42,636 nt of DNA, taken from Hyphomonadaceae bacterium (lineage in GTDB: Bacteria > Pseudomonadota > Alphaproteobacteria > Caulobacterales > Hyphomonadaceae). Positions 9,085 to 18,069 of this stretch are shown one piece after another. The translations under genes were made by a program, and so were the position numbers. The DNA lies in NCBI GenBank assembly GCA_030696545.1, contig JAUYSA010000157.1, positions 1 to 42,636 on the forward strand. Direction: 5' to 3'. The notes under the pieces are model-generated. The model had not been told where the DNA came from. It did not search any database and saw nothing but the letters and a program-made list of their open reading frames with translations. The first letter of the stretch is position 1. The number at the start of each line of letters is the position of its first letter.

Positions 9085-9879
9085 TCAAACCGCAACCGGC
9101 GCCTTGATGTGAGCGTCGGGGGCGTAATCGACCAGCGTGAAATCTTCGTAATCCCATCCGAACAGGTCTGTTTTGGCCGGGTTGAGCTGAAGTTTCGGGA
9201 GCGCTTTCGGCTGGCGCTGCATCTGGAGCCGCGCCTGCTCGAAGTGATTCGAGTAGAGGTGGACGTCGCCGAATGTATGAACGAACTCGCCCGGCTCCAG
9301 CTTCGTGGCCTTCGCCATCAGGATAACCAGCAGCGCATAGGATGCGATGTTGAAGGGAACGCCGAGAAACACGTCGGCCGAACGCTGGTAGAGCTGGCAG
9401 GACAGCCGCCCGTTCGCCACGAAGAACTGGAACAGGCAGTGGCAGGGCGGCAGCGCCATGCCGTCGATATCGGCCGGATTCCAGGCCGATACGACAAGAC
9501 GGCGGGAGTTCGGGTTCTGGATGATCTCGTTCCGCACCCATTCGATCTGGTCGATCAGGCGGCCATCCGGCGCGGCCCAGCTGCGCCACTGCTTGCCGTA
9601 GACCGGGCCAAGCTCGCCGTTCTCGTCGGCCCACTCGTTCCAGATGCTGACGCCGCGTTCCTGCAGCCATTTCACGTTGGTTTCGCCGCGGAGGAACCAG
9701 AGCAGCTCGACGATGATCGAGCGCAGGTGAAGCTTCTTGGTGGTCAGCAGCGGGAAGCCGTCTGCGAGATCAAAGCGCATCTGGCGGCCGAATACGCCGC
9801 GCGTTCCGGTTCCGGTGCGGTCGCCGCGATCGACGCCGTGGTCCATGATGTCGCGAAGAAGATCGAGATACTGGCGCAT
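9085..9879 (-). CDS. thyA: thymidylate synthase
   Basis: 264 aa, [38 protein letters not shown]...[41 protein letters not shown]... This is the canonical ThyA sequence along its full length. Confidence 0.97.
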   Translation of the reverse strand: MRQYLDLLRDIMDHGVDRGDRTGTGTRGVFGRQMRFDLADGFPLLTTKKLHLRSIIVELLWFLRGETNVKWLQERGVSIWNEWADENGELGPVYGKQWRSWAAPDGRLIDQIEWVRNEIIQNPNSRRLVVSAWNPADIDGMALPPCHCLFQFFVANGRLSCQLYQRSADVFLGVPFNIASYALLVILMAKATKLEPGEFVHTFGDVHLYSNHFEQARLQMQRQPKALPKLQLNPAKTDLFGWDYEDFTLVDYAPDAHIKAPVAV

Positions 9880-9995
9880 GTGCCCGCCCGAGTCGCTGGA
9901 ATGGCGTCAGTCATGCGGGCTTGAGGCCGCGTTGACAAGCTTTGCAGGCCCGCCCCGCCCTGTGCAAAACTCCCGCGACAGAACAGGGACTTTTC

Positions 9996-10283
9996 ATGCT
10001 GATCCTCAGTGTTTTCCTTCGTGTGCCGCCGGAACAGGTTGAAGCTTTGCGGCCTTACATGAGGACGGTGATAGCTGCTTCAAGGGCCGAGCCGGGCTGT
10101 CTGTTTTACACGCTCTCCGAGGACATGGCCGAGCCGGGGCTGATCCGGGCGTTCGAAATCTATGCCGATGACGACGCACTGAAAGCCCATGGCGAGAGCG
10201 ACCACTTCAAGGCCTGGCGAGCCGCGAGCGGCCAATACCCGCGCGAGGACCGCACACTCTACGATGCAACAAAGCGGGTCTGA
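9996..10283 (+). CDS. antibiotic-biosynthesis-monooxygenase (ABM) domain protein
   Basis: ORF 9942..10283. Start placed at ATG 9996 (MLILSVFLRVPPEQVEALRPYM...). It ends in the ABM-like pattern FEIYADDDALKAHGESDHFKAW. Confidence 0.65.
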   Translation: MLILSVFLRVPPEQVEALRPYMRTVIAASRAEPGCLFYTLSEDMAEPGLIRAFEIYADDDALKAHGESDHFKAWRAASGQYPREDRTLYDATKRV

Positions 10284-10285
10284 TC

Positions 10286-10498
10286 ATGGCCGCAAAGAAA
10301 GCCCCGCCCTCCTCCGACCTGCCAAAGCTCGCCGCGCCGGCACAGCGCGCCATCGCGGGCGCCGGGGTCAGCAGCCTGACAAAATTGGCTCAGATGACCG
10401 AGGCAGATGTCGTGGCGCTGCACGGCATGGGACCGAACGCCATGACAACACTCAAGACTGCAATGAAGGCGAAGAAGCTGAGCTTCGCGAAACGCTGA
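10286..10498 (+). CDS. small helix-hairpin-helix-like DNA-binding protein
   Basis: 70 aa, starting 3 nt after the previous stop. LTKLAQMTEADVVALHGMGPNAMTTLKTAMKAKKL resembles an HhH / RNAP-alpha-CTD-like motif. Confidence 0.45.
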   Translation: MAAKKAPPSSDLPKLAAPAQRAIAGAGVSSLTKLAQMTEADVVALHGMGPNAMTTLKTAMKAKKLSFAKR

Positions 10499-10502
10499 CG
10501 CG

Positions 10503-10679
10503 TCAGATCGCGTCGAGCCCTTCCATCAGGATCGGGTCGATCTCGACACGCTTCCCTTCGCGATAGGCGCCAACGGTGCGCACCGCCTCGTCGCGCGAAA
10601 GCCCTTGTCGCTTGATCAGGCGATCTACCAGCAGGCGCTCGTCACGGCGCGAGTCTTCGAGGGTGCGTGTTTCGACCAT
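10503..10679 (-). CDS. hypothetical small protein
   Basis: ORF 10503..10745. The internal ATG 10679 (MVETRTLEDSRRDERLLVDRLIKRQGLSRDEAVRTVGAYREGK...) is the more likely start. No recognisable family. Confidence 0.35.
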   Translation of the reverse strand: MVETRTLEDSRRDERLLVDRLIKRQGLSRDEAVRTVGAYREGKRVEIDPILMEGLDAI

Positions 10680-10877
10680 GGCGCAAACTCCCGCGTACTG
10701 ACGAACAAGTTCTGGAAGAACCCACGCGGCAAAACTCCCGCGCACGTCCCTTGTTCCGGTATCGCAACGCCAAAGTGGATCGGCGCTGCGGTCCTGTTGA
10801 AGCGTTCATATGGGGCGAGGATGCGGCGATGGAATGACAGGTATATTAAATCTGCTCACCTGCCAGCGCAGCTGCAC

Positions 10878-11393
10878 TCAATGCTGGAAGGATGCTGCAA
10901 TGCGATCAACGAGCTGCAGCGCACGGCGCGGCCCGCCCTGCCTGCTGGTGATCCAGATCGCAATGTTCAAGCCATTGCGATTTCCCGCAGCATAGAGCAG
11001 CGCTGGATCGTCATAGACGTCGAGCATTCCCACGCGGTGGACTGAAAGAAGCTGAACCAGCTCCGGGCCTTTATCGCCCTGACGCTCTTCAATCGGATAT
11101 TTTTGCTCGTTCGAGCTCCACGCAGTTCCGGCAACTGTATCCGCCGCGCTCCACTGGATCGAAAGACCGCCACGCGCCATGCGCATGAAATCGCGCAGGC
11201 TTGCGAAACGATCAGTCCGCGCGACCGTAATCATGCCGTCACATTCGGGATGACCCGACAGGGTGGAGCGCCAGTTACGATAGGCAACCAGCATGTCGTC
11301 GGCCAAGCGGTGCTTCTGCGCGTATGTCGGATAGCGCGGCTTGCGGTTGTACGGCTCGGTTATCAACACCGAGCCGCCACCTGGAATATCCAT
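10878..11393 (-). CDS. hypothetical protein
   Basis: 171-aa ORF with non-repetitive composition and no motif I recognise. It is flanked downstream by a locally AT-richer stretch (about 10800-10870). Confidence 0.45.
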   Translation of the reverse strand: MDIPGGGSVLITEPYNRKPRYPTYAQKHRLADDMLVAYRNWRSTLSGHPECDGMITVARTDRFASLRDFMRMARGGLSIQWSAADTVAGTAWSSNEQKYPIEERQGDKGPELVQLLSVHRVGMLDVYDDPALLYAAGNRNGLNIAIWITSRQGGPRRALQLVDRIAASFQH

Positions 11394-11428
11394 CCGCGTC
11401 TTCGAAAAGCCGAACAGGCAGGCCTCGC

Positions 11429-12178
11429 CTATTTCTTCGCGAGGTTGGCGGCCTGTTTCGTCATCTCGACGGCCTCTTCCGGCGTCGCAACCGGACCATC
11501 CGCTTCAAGCATCTTGGTCCGGAAAGCGAGGCCCGCCACCGCAGCACCAGCAAGCGGCGCGATGATGAAGAGCCACAGCTGTTGCAAAGCCGCGCCCTGC
11601 GCAAATACCGCTGGACCGAAGGAGCGCGCCGGGTTCACCGACACGCCCGTCACCTGGATGCCGACGATGTGGATAACCGTGAGCGTCAAACCGATGGCGA
11701 GACCCGCGAAGGCGGAAGGCGCCTTGGATTGCGTCGAACCGAGGATAACGACGACGAAGAGGAAGGTCGCCACGATTTCGAACGCAAGCGCGGCGGTCAT
11801 CGAATACCCGCCGAGATAATCATCGCCGAAACCATTCTGGCCGAGGCCGTTGACCGCAATGTCATAGCCCGCCTTGCCGCTGGCGATCGTGTAGAGGATG
11901 GCGGCGCCCACGAGCGCGCCCAGGAATTGCGCGACCCAGTACTGCACCATTTCGTTGATGCTCATCCGGCCGGCGAGATAGGCGCCGAACGACACCGCGG
12001 GATTCACATGACAGCCCGACACGGGACCGATCCCGTAGGCCATCGCAACAATCGCGAGGCCGAATGCGAAGGAAATTCCGAGCTGTCCAACCTCTGGGCC
12101 GGCGAGCACAGCCGAACCGCACCCGAGCAGGACCAGCGTGGCCGTACCGAGAAATTCCGCGAGCAGTTTCTTGAGCAT
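11429..12178 (-). CDS. aqpZ: aquaporin Z
   Basis: 249 aa, MLKKLLAEFLGTATLVLLGCGSAVLA... Both NPA boxes are present (SGCHVNPAVSFG and GVSVNPARSFGPA). Confidence 0.95.
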   Translation of the reverse strand: MLKKLLAEFLGTATLVLLGCGSAVLAGPEVGQLGISFAFGLAIVAMAYGIGPVSGCHVNPAVSFGAYLAGRMSINEMVQYWVAQFLGALVGAAILYTIASGKAGYDIAVNGLGQNGFGDDYLGGYSMTAALAFEIVATFLFVVVILGSTQSKAPSAFAGLAIGLTLTVIHIVGIQVTGVSVNPARSFGPAVFAQGAALQQLWLFIIAPLAGAAVAGLAFRTKMLEADGPVATPEEAVEMTKQAANLAKK

Positions 12179-12376
12179 CCGTCCCTCCCCAGGGCATCCG
12201 ACAATCGAACTATTGAATGATGCTTACGCCAAACCCGGCGCCGCGCCATACGGATTCAATTGGCGGGATCATCTTTCGGGCCGGCGGCTTCGCCGCAAAT
12301 GCCCCTTGCAACCGCGAATCTGATGTTCTACTTTTGTTCTACACCGACGGTCCGGGTGATTCGGGAGAAGTAGATC

Positions 12377-12793
12377 ATGGCATATGACGCCGGGTTTGCG
12401 AGTAGTCGGGTGTATCGGGCAAAGGCGCTCGCCACAGGATACGTCACGATGGGAACGCGGGATATCGTCCGCGCATCCCGGTTCTACGAACTGATCGCCC
12501 GTGAAATGGGCGTGGGCCGTTCTGCGGAATCCGAAGATTTCGTGGGCTGGGGCCTGCCAGGCGCCGCCGCCGGTTTCGGGGTTGCCCTGCCAGACGCCGT
12601 GCCGGAACTGGAACACGGAATGGTGCCGCTGCAGGTCGATGATCCTGAACAGGTGCAGAGGCTTTACGAGATCGCGCTGAGCAATGGCGGAGCGGCCGAA
12701 GGCGCGCCGAACTATTGCGGCGGGCTCTATGCCGCCTATTTCCGCGATCCCGATGGCAACAGGCTCAACGCCTTCTGCATCAGCGAACACTGA
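12377..12793 (+). CDS. VOC/glyoxalase-family protein
   Basis: 138 aa. GYVTMGTRDIVRASRFYE at the N-terminus and YAAYFRDPDGNRLNAF at the C-terminus are typical VOC beta-alpha-beta-beta-beta modules. The exact start is uncertain. Confidence 0.7.
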   Translation: MAYDAGFASSRVYRAKALATGYVTMGTRDIVRASRFYELIAREMGVGRSAESEDFVGWGLPGAAAGFGVALPDAVPELEHGMVPLQVDDPEQVQRLYEIALSNGGAAEGAPNYCGGLYAAYFRDPDGNRLNAFCISEH

Positions 12794-12844
12794 GACGTTC
12801 CGCTCAGCTCCGCGTTAGGCTGTTGCAGGCCAAGCGGAGAGCGG

Positions 12845-12958
12845 ATGTACAGGTTCTGGTATGCGATGCGCATTCTGGGCGCGGTGGCCATGCTTGGCTT
12901 TGTAGCGCTGATCCTGCTGACCATATTCGGCGTGGATGTTGGCCTTTTCCGACGCTGA
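12845..12958 (+). CDS. possible 37-aa single-pass membrane peptide
   Basis: Below the ORF-track size cutoff. GGAGAG lies 4 nt upstream of ATG 12845. Product is MYRFWYAMRILGAVAMLGFVALILLTIFGVDVGLFRR, one clear TM helix with a basic C-terminus. Confidence 0.35.
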   Translation: MYRFWYAMRILGAVAMLGFVALILLTIFGVDVGLFRR

Positions 12959-12968
12959 CGATGCGTTG

Positions 12969-12997
12969 TTGGCGCTTAACCTTTTAGCGCCTATATT
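12969..12997 (+). promoter_or_regulatory. candidate promoter of ssrA
   Basis: TTGGCG (12969-12974), 17-nt spacer, TATATT (12992-12997), directly upstream of the tmRNA acceptor piece. Assigned by sequence pattern only. Confidence 0.35.
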
Positions 12998-13004
12998 CAT
13001 TCCG

Positions 13005-13336
13005 TTCCGCAAGGAACTATGGCGATAAACCCTCGCGTAATAAGCGGACCGGACCCGGGGGCAGTGCCCGGCGGCTCCACCAGATTTCACCCCGGTCATG
13101 GCCGGGCTGTCTGGGGCCGACACAGGATCGACGGACGTGTAAAGGCGAAGACTTTGCCCGCTTTGGCCCCGATAGAAGCCTTTTACGCAATAGTTGCCAA
13201 TGACAACTTTGCTCAGGACCAAGCTCTTGCTGCGTAAGCAGCGGACCTAGTCCGAACACTTAAGTCCTTAGCTCTAGCCAGCTAAGGCGGGGCTCGGGGC
13301 GGCGCCTGGCAACAGAAGCCGCCCCACTTATTTTCG
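13005..13336 (+). ncRNA. ssrA: two-piece (circularly permuted) tmRNA
   Basis: The acceptor piece ends ...CCGGGGGCAGTGCCCGGCGGCTCCACCA at 13082. The coding piece starts GGGGCCGACACAGGATCGACGG at 13113. The strands GGGGCCG / CGGCTCC pair with a G3:U wobble, the alanine identity element. The tag frame 13196-13237 (GCCAATGACAACTTTGCTCAGGACCAAGCTCTTGCTGCGTAA) encodes ANDNFAQDQALAA*. A terminator stem GGGGCGGC / GCCGCCCC (13296-13325) is followed by ACTTATTTT. Outer boundaries are approximate. Confidence 0.9.
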
Positions 13337-13410
13337 CACAATCGGTCTCGAACGCTCCCCGCATCCGCGGCGCCGCCCTATGTTGCGATCAGCAACCTTG
13401 GAGGCATCCC

Positions 13411-13848
13411 ATGAAACGTACCGCTCAAGCTGTCTGGTCTGGCGCGCTCAAAGACGGAAACGGTTCGATCTCGCTCCAGAGCGGCGTGCTGAAGGAGCAG
13501 CCTTACTCGTTCAAGATGCGGTTCGAGGACGAAAGTGGAAAGTCTGGCACGAATCCGGAAGAGCTGATCGCGGCGGCCCATGCGAGCTGCTTCACGATGC
13601 AGCTGTCGCACTTCCTCGCCGAAGCAGGACACCCGGCCACAACGCTGACCACAGATGCAGAAGTGACAGTCGGCCCCGTTCCAAGCGGCGGTCAGGCCAT
13701 CTCGAAAAGCGCGCTGACGCTGCGCGGCCAGGTGCCAGGCATGGACGAGGCGCAGTTTATCGAGCTGGCGAAGAAGGCCAAGGAAGGCTGCCCCGTCTCC
13801 AAGGCGCTGGGCGCTATCGAGATCACGCTCGAAGCAAAACTGGAATAG
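13411..13848 (+). CDS. osmC: OsmC-family peroxiredoxin
   Basis: 145 aa, MKRTAQAVWSGALKDGNGSISLQSG...TNPEELIAAAHASCFTM...AKEGCPVSKAL. Both conserved Cys contexts of OsmC are present. Confidence 0.9.
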   Translation: MKRTAQAVWSGALKDGNGSISLQSGVLKEQPYSFKMRFEDESGKSGTNPEELIAAAHASCFTMQLSHFLAEAGHPATTLTTDAEVTVGPVPSGGQAISKSALTLRGQVPGMDEAQFIELAKKAKEGCPVSKALGAIEITLEAKLE

Positions 13849-13874
13849 CGACGTCTGCTCTCCGCCGCATGTAG

Positions 13875-15110
13875 TCACGCAGGCGGCGGGACGCCCTGCG
13901 TCTGCTCGATGTAGAAGCTGTGCATCCGCCATAGGGTTAGTGTGGACACCGCGATGTAGGCGAGCCCCGCCAAAGCCAGCAACGGCATGGCGCGCCGCAC
14001 GCGTATTGTCTGCCTCAAGCTATCCCGGTTCGTCGCCATGATGACCACGCAGGAAGCGATGAGCAGGCATGAGTTGACGTGATAGCGAGGCGTCATCGCC
14101 TGTATGAAGCCGGTGTCGAGACGACTTAGCGCGGCAAGACCGCCACTTGCGATGAGGAAGAAGCTGAACCACAGCAGCGGATCAGTGCTGCGAAATCTGG
14201 CCGCCAGGAACGTCCGCCACACCACCGCCCACAGCAGCAGGCCGAGCGCCGCGCATGCGGCCATCATCGCGAATGCCAGCGGACCTGACTCTACCGGGTA
14301 GCCAAGCGCTGATCCCGAGAAGATCAACGCAAACAGCATCACCTCGAACGGACGGCCGAGACTTGCCACAGGATCGGTGTTTCCGGCGACGGGAATGTAG
14401 CTGGCGAAATAGAGCGCAAGGAACACAGCAGTCGCTGCAGCCCATGCCGCTGTCGCAATCCAGCGCCGATCGAAAATCAGGAACAGGCACCCCAGCATCA
14501 GCACAAGAAAACCGTTGCCCTGCGAGAGGCCGGCGAGCAGCGCAGACCCCAGCGCCCCTATCGACCAGACAGCCCCGCTCCTTCCGGCCATCCAGAACGC
14601 AAGCAGCGCGAAGAGGATGACCCCGTAGTTGGACATCGCCGTCATCGCCCACAGCATGCTGTCGGCAGAGGTGTAGCTGAACGTCATCGTCGCCACGAAC
14701 AGGATAGCGGCTCCCGCAGCCGACCCAGCGGATCTCCAGGCACGAAGTGCCAGCACCGCAAAGATCGGCAGCAGCGACAGGTTTCCGATGAAGGCGAGCA
14801 GCGTGTAGTTGGGCGCCGCAACCGCCCTCTGCATCCAGAAGATCAGCTTTGTGATGACAGGACGATGTTCGTTGTGCTGCGACCACAGCTCCGGCCACGG
14901 ATTGGCAGCTGCGCGCGCACGCTCCACCGATTCAGAAATATGGATGTCGTCCATGAACGGCGCGCCGGGCGCGAGCAGCAGCACCAGCACAAAATAAAGC
15001 ACGATGACGGCAATAGCGGCTCCAAGCCAGATGGCTCCAACGCGCAAACCCGCGCCTTCATTTCCAGAAGTTTCTTGCACGCCCACTTCCCGTTCCCGCA
15101 ACGCGTTCAA
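13875..15110 (-). CDS. polytopic integral membrane protein (possibly GT-C-like glycosyltransferase)
   Basis: 411-aa ORF with at least 10 hydrophobic segments. Its start lies 1 nt after the P450 stop, so it is probably co-transcribed. The functional call is weak. Confidence 0.5.
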   Translation of the reverse strand: MNALREREVGVQETSGNEGAGLRVGAIWLGAAIAVIVLYFVLVLLLAPGAPFMDDIHISESVERARAAANPWPELWSQHNEHRPVITKLIFWMQRAVAAPNYTLLAFIGNLSLLPIFAVLALRAWRSAGSAAGAAILFVATMTFSYTSADSMLWAMTAMSNYGVILFALLAFWMAGRSGAVWSIGALGSALLAGLSQGNGFLVLMLGCLFLIFDRRWIATAAWAAATAVFLALYFASYIPVAGNTDPVASLGRPFEVMLFALIFSGSALGYPVESGPLAFAMMAACAALGLLLWAVVWRTFLAARFRSTDPLLWFSFFLIASGGLAALSRLDTGFIQAMTPRYHVNSCLLIASCVVIMATNRDSLRQTIRVRRAMPLLALAGLAYIAVSTLTLWRMHSFYIEQTQGVPPPA

Positions 15111-15111
15111 T

Positions 15112-16506
15112 CTAGCGCGCTTCGACGAACAGCGGCATCCCGCCCTCGGGCCTCAGCGTGATGCGTATGTTGGGCTCGACCGTATGAGCGGCGTTTGGCA
15201 GGAAGCGCAATGCCCGCACAAGCGTGGCGAGAATTGCGATCGCTTCCATGTACGCGAACTTCATGCCAATGCAGATGCGTGGCCCCGCGCCAAACGGCAT
15301 GAACTGGAATCGCGCAAACCCCTTTGCCCGCTCTTCTGAAAAGCGATCCGGATCGAAACGCTCCGGATGATCCCACAGCATCCTGTGACGATGCATGACG
15401 TAGATCAGCGCAAAGCCAAAATCGCCCTTCTTCACCTGCACGTCGCCAAGATCGATGTCTTCTGTTGCGACACGGTCTATGAGCGAAACAGGCGGATATA
15501 GCCGCATCGCCTCCTTGATCACCTGTTCGTGGAAAGGCATCGCATCGATCATCGCGGCGGTCACAGGCTTGTCGCCGCAAACGTCCAGAACCTCGCGCAG
15601 CAGCCGATCCTGTATCTCCGGCGCGTTCGCGATGAGGTACAGCGAGAAGGTCAGCGTCAACGCGGTCGTCTCATGGCCCGCGCCAATGAAGGTGATCACA
15701 TTGTCGCGTAGTTCGTCGTCGGAAAGACCCTTGCCCGTTTCCGGATCACGCGCGGCAAGCAAGAGGCCGAGAAGATCGTTACGCGTCTCACCACTTGCGC
15801 GCCGCCGCTCGATCGCATTTACCGCTGACCGCTTCAGCCCAGCCGCCGCCTTCCTGCCCTTGCCGCCCCATGGGCGCGGCACCCATGTCGGCGCGCCGAA
15901 CATGTCCAGCATGTCGGGCTTACCCATGGTCTGCATGTAATCCTCGACCGTCGTGGCGATATGGTCATAGCCGAAATTCGGGTCCGCACCGCCCAGAATA
16001 GTTTCGACGATCACATCGAGCGTGGCGTGCTGCATCTCGCCCATCATGTCGACGGTCCCACGCGTGGCGGCCGCCTTCTTGATCCGCTCAACCGTCGCCT
16101 CCGCCGACGAGGAGAATGCAGGAACCATCGCGCGCAGAGCATCGATGCGGAAAGCAGGCGACGCGGCGCGGCGCTGGAACTTCCAGTGCTCGCCTTCTGA
16201 CGTCAGAAGCCCTTCGCCGAGCGCCGGCCCCACCAGCTTTTTCTGGAACTGTGATTTCCGGAAGATGTCCGCGTGATCGAGGAACATCGCCTTCATGTGC
16301 TCAGGTCGCCGGAAATAGTGGAACGTCCGTCCGATCCAGCGCACGCCATGGTACGGATTTTCGTACATCGCCTGGGGCCAGACATGCAGCGGATTGGCGA
16401 TCATCTGCAGCAGGCCGCGCACAAGCGGCAAAGGCTTCTCAGGCGGCGTGACCGTCTGCGGAATGAAGGCGCTGCTGTCGGTCAGCGTGTCGGGCATGGC
16501 TTCCAA
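15112..16506 (-). CDS. cytochrome P450
   Basis: 464 aa. Heme-binding loop FMPFGAGPRICIGMKFA, I-helix FIGAGHETTA, and EAMRLYPP (ExxR region). Confidence 0.93.
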   Translation of the reverse strand: MEAMPDTLTDSSAFIPQTVTPPEKPLPLVRGLLQMIANPLHVWPQAMYENPYHGVRWIGRTFHYFRRPEHMKAMFLDHADIFRKSQFQKKLVGPALGEGLLTSEGEHWKFQRRAASPAFRIDALRAMVPAFSSSAEATVERIKKAAATRGTVDMMGEMQHATLDVIVETILGGADPNFGYDHIATTVEDYMQTMGKPDMLDMFGAPTWVPRPWGGKGRKAAAGLKRSAVNAIERRRASGETRNDLLGLLLAARDPETGKGLSDDELRDNVITFIGAGHETTALTLTFSLYLIANAPEIQDRLLREVLDVCGDKPVTAAMIDAMPFHEQVIKEAMRLYPPVSLIDRVATEDIDLGDVQVKKGDFGFALIYVMHRHRMLWDHPERFDPDRFSEERAKGFARFQFMPFGAGPRICIGMKFAYMEAIAILATLVRALRFLPNAAHTVEPNIRITLRPEGGMPLFVEAR

Positions 16507-16582
16507 CCTCTGGGCGACCCGCAGCCTATATGGGTTCCGGCAGGATCAGAACCCATTCCATGCGCACAATGGCCGCACAAAC

Positions 16583-17881
16583 TCAGGTTTCGAGCGCCTG
16601 CTCAATATCTGCGATCAGATCATCGGGGTTTTCGACGCCGATTGAGAGGCGGATCAGGCTTTCCGTAATCCCAAGCCTCTCGCGGCTCTGCTTGGGCACA
16701 TCCGAATGGGTCATCGCCGCCGGATGCGAGGCGAGCGTTTCAGTGCCGCCGAGGCTCACCGCCAGCTTGATGATCTGAAGCTTGTCCAGAAAGGCGAACG
16801 CATCCTTTTCGCCGCCATCGATCTCGAATGAGAAGGTGGAGCCTGCTGAGACGCACTGACGTTCGAATAGCGGACGATCCGGATGGTCTTTCGGCAGGAA
16901 GCCGAGATACCAGACCGATTTCACACGCGGATGCTTCTGCAGGTAAGCAGCAACCTTACGTGCGCCGAGTTCGGCGGCATCCATCCGCAGCTTCAGGGTC
17001 TCCAGCGAACGCAACAGCAGCCACGCCGTATGGGGATCCGTCATCGTGCCGAAGATGGTGCGGAAAACCGCAACCTGCCCGATCCAGCTGGCGGCGCCGG
17101 AAGCCGCCCCGGCGATCAGATCGGAATGACCGCCCACATACTTGGTGAGTGACGTGACACAGATGTCGGCGCCGAGTGAAAGCGGCTTCTGCCACAGCGG
17201 GCCGAGGAAGGTGTTATCGACGATCACGGGCGGGCGGCCTGCGGGGCCTTTCAGGCTTTCCGATATCTCGCGCGCTACGGCAATGTCGACCAACCCGTTG
17301 GTGGGGTTGGCCGGTGTCTCGACATAGATCGCCCCAACCTTGCCGCCACTCTTGGCCGCCAGCGCCGCCGCCTGTTTCGCTGCCTCGCGGAAGCCTGTCT
17401 CCCCGCCTTCCGCCATGAAGCCGACGCCCTGCGCTCCAAACTGCGGAAGGATGGTGTGAACCAGAAATTCCGTTCCGCCATAGACAGGCTCCGAGAAGAC
17501 GAAGCTGTCGCCCGGCCGAAGGAACGTCATCAGCGTTGTGGAGATCGCCGCCATTCCGGAAGCAAAGGCCAGAGCCTTCTCTGCGCCATCCCAGACAGCA
17601 AGCCGATCTTCCAGAACCTCAAGATTGGGGTTGTTGATGCGCGAATAGATGAGATGCATCTCTTCATCGCGCTTCTTCTCACGAAGACCATAGGCAAGCT
17701 CGAAGGAAGCTTTTCCTTCTTCGGCGTTACGGAAGACGAAGGTGGATGTCTGGAAAAGCGGCGGCTTAAGCGCGCCCTCAGACATGCTGGGTGCGTAGCC
17801 ATAGCCCATCATCAATGTCTCTGGGGAAAGCTCGCGCTCCCCAAGCTTCTTTGAACGATAAGACTTCGGAGGACGTGTCAT
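16583..17881 (-). CDS. Cys/Met-metabolism PLP-dependent enzyme (cystathionine gamma-synthase / methionine gamma-lyase family)
   Basis: 432 aa. PLP-lysine context VTSLTKYVGGHSDLIAG, and C-terminal GGTETLASHPAAMTHS...LIRLSIGVE, typical of the family. Confidence 0.85.
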   Translation of the reverse strand: MTRPPKSYRSKKLGERELSPETLMMGYGYAPSMSEGALKPPLFQTSTFVFRNAEEGKASFELAYGLREKKRDEEMHLIYSRINNPNLEVLEDRLAVWDGAEKALAFASGMAAISTTLMTFLRPGDSFVFSEPVYGGTEFLVHTILPQFGAQGVGFMAEGGETGFREAAKQAAALAAKSGGKVGAIYVETPANPTNGLVDIAVAREISESLKGPAGRPPVIVDNTFLGPLWQKPLSLGADICVTSLTKYVGGHSDLIAGAASGAASWIGQVAVFRTIFGTMTDPHTAWLLLRSLETLKLRMDAAELGARKVAAYLQKHPRVKSVWYLGFLPKDHPDRPLFERQCVSAGSTFSFEIDGGEKDAFAFLDKLQIIKLAVSLGGTETLASHPAAMTHSDVPKQSRERLGITESLIRLSIGVENPDDLIADIEQALET

Positions 17882-18069
17882 GGGCCTGACGATAAGGCTG
17901 TTTCACGTGCGACAAAATGAATTGTTCTGTACTGCCCTTGCCCAAAGCGAGTAGTTGAGCGTTATCGTTCAACGCAACGAGGCGCCGAAAATCGGTTCGC
18001 CTCCGGCTTGAACCTAATTTACCCATCTTGCATGAGGCCTTAGCTCTCAGGGCAAGGCGAGGGAGGGCT

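Noticed and set aside
7130-9879. folA and thyA separated by a VUT-like transporter and a lipoprotein, considered as a functional folate/queuosine cluster
   Set aside because: thyA-folA proximity is common. The intervening genes are on mixed strands with their own terminators, so there is no evidence for a new functional unit.
12815-13259. ORFs 12815..13222(-), 13017..13259(-) and 13019..13237(+) over the tmRNA locus
   Set aside because: The region is explained by ssrA (acceptor end, G:U pair, tag frame). Only the last 14 codons of 13019..13237 are meaningful, as the tmRNA tag frame, and they are not a conventional CDS.
17882-18030. Structured leader upstream of the Cys/Met PLP enzyme (hairpins GAGGCG...CGCCTC and GCGTT...AACGC on the minus strand), considered as a SAM-II/SAM-V-type riboswitch
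   Set aside because: I could not find the conserved SAM-II pseudoknot elements (the AAAGCU-type 3-prime strand) by eye. A covariance-model scan (Rfam RF00521, RF01826) is needed before making any claim.
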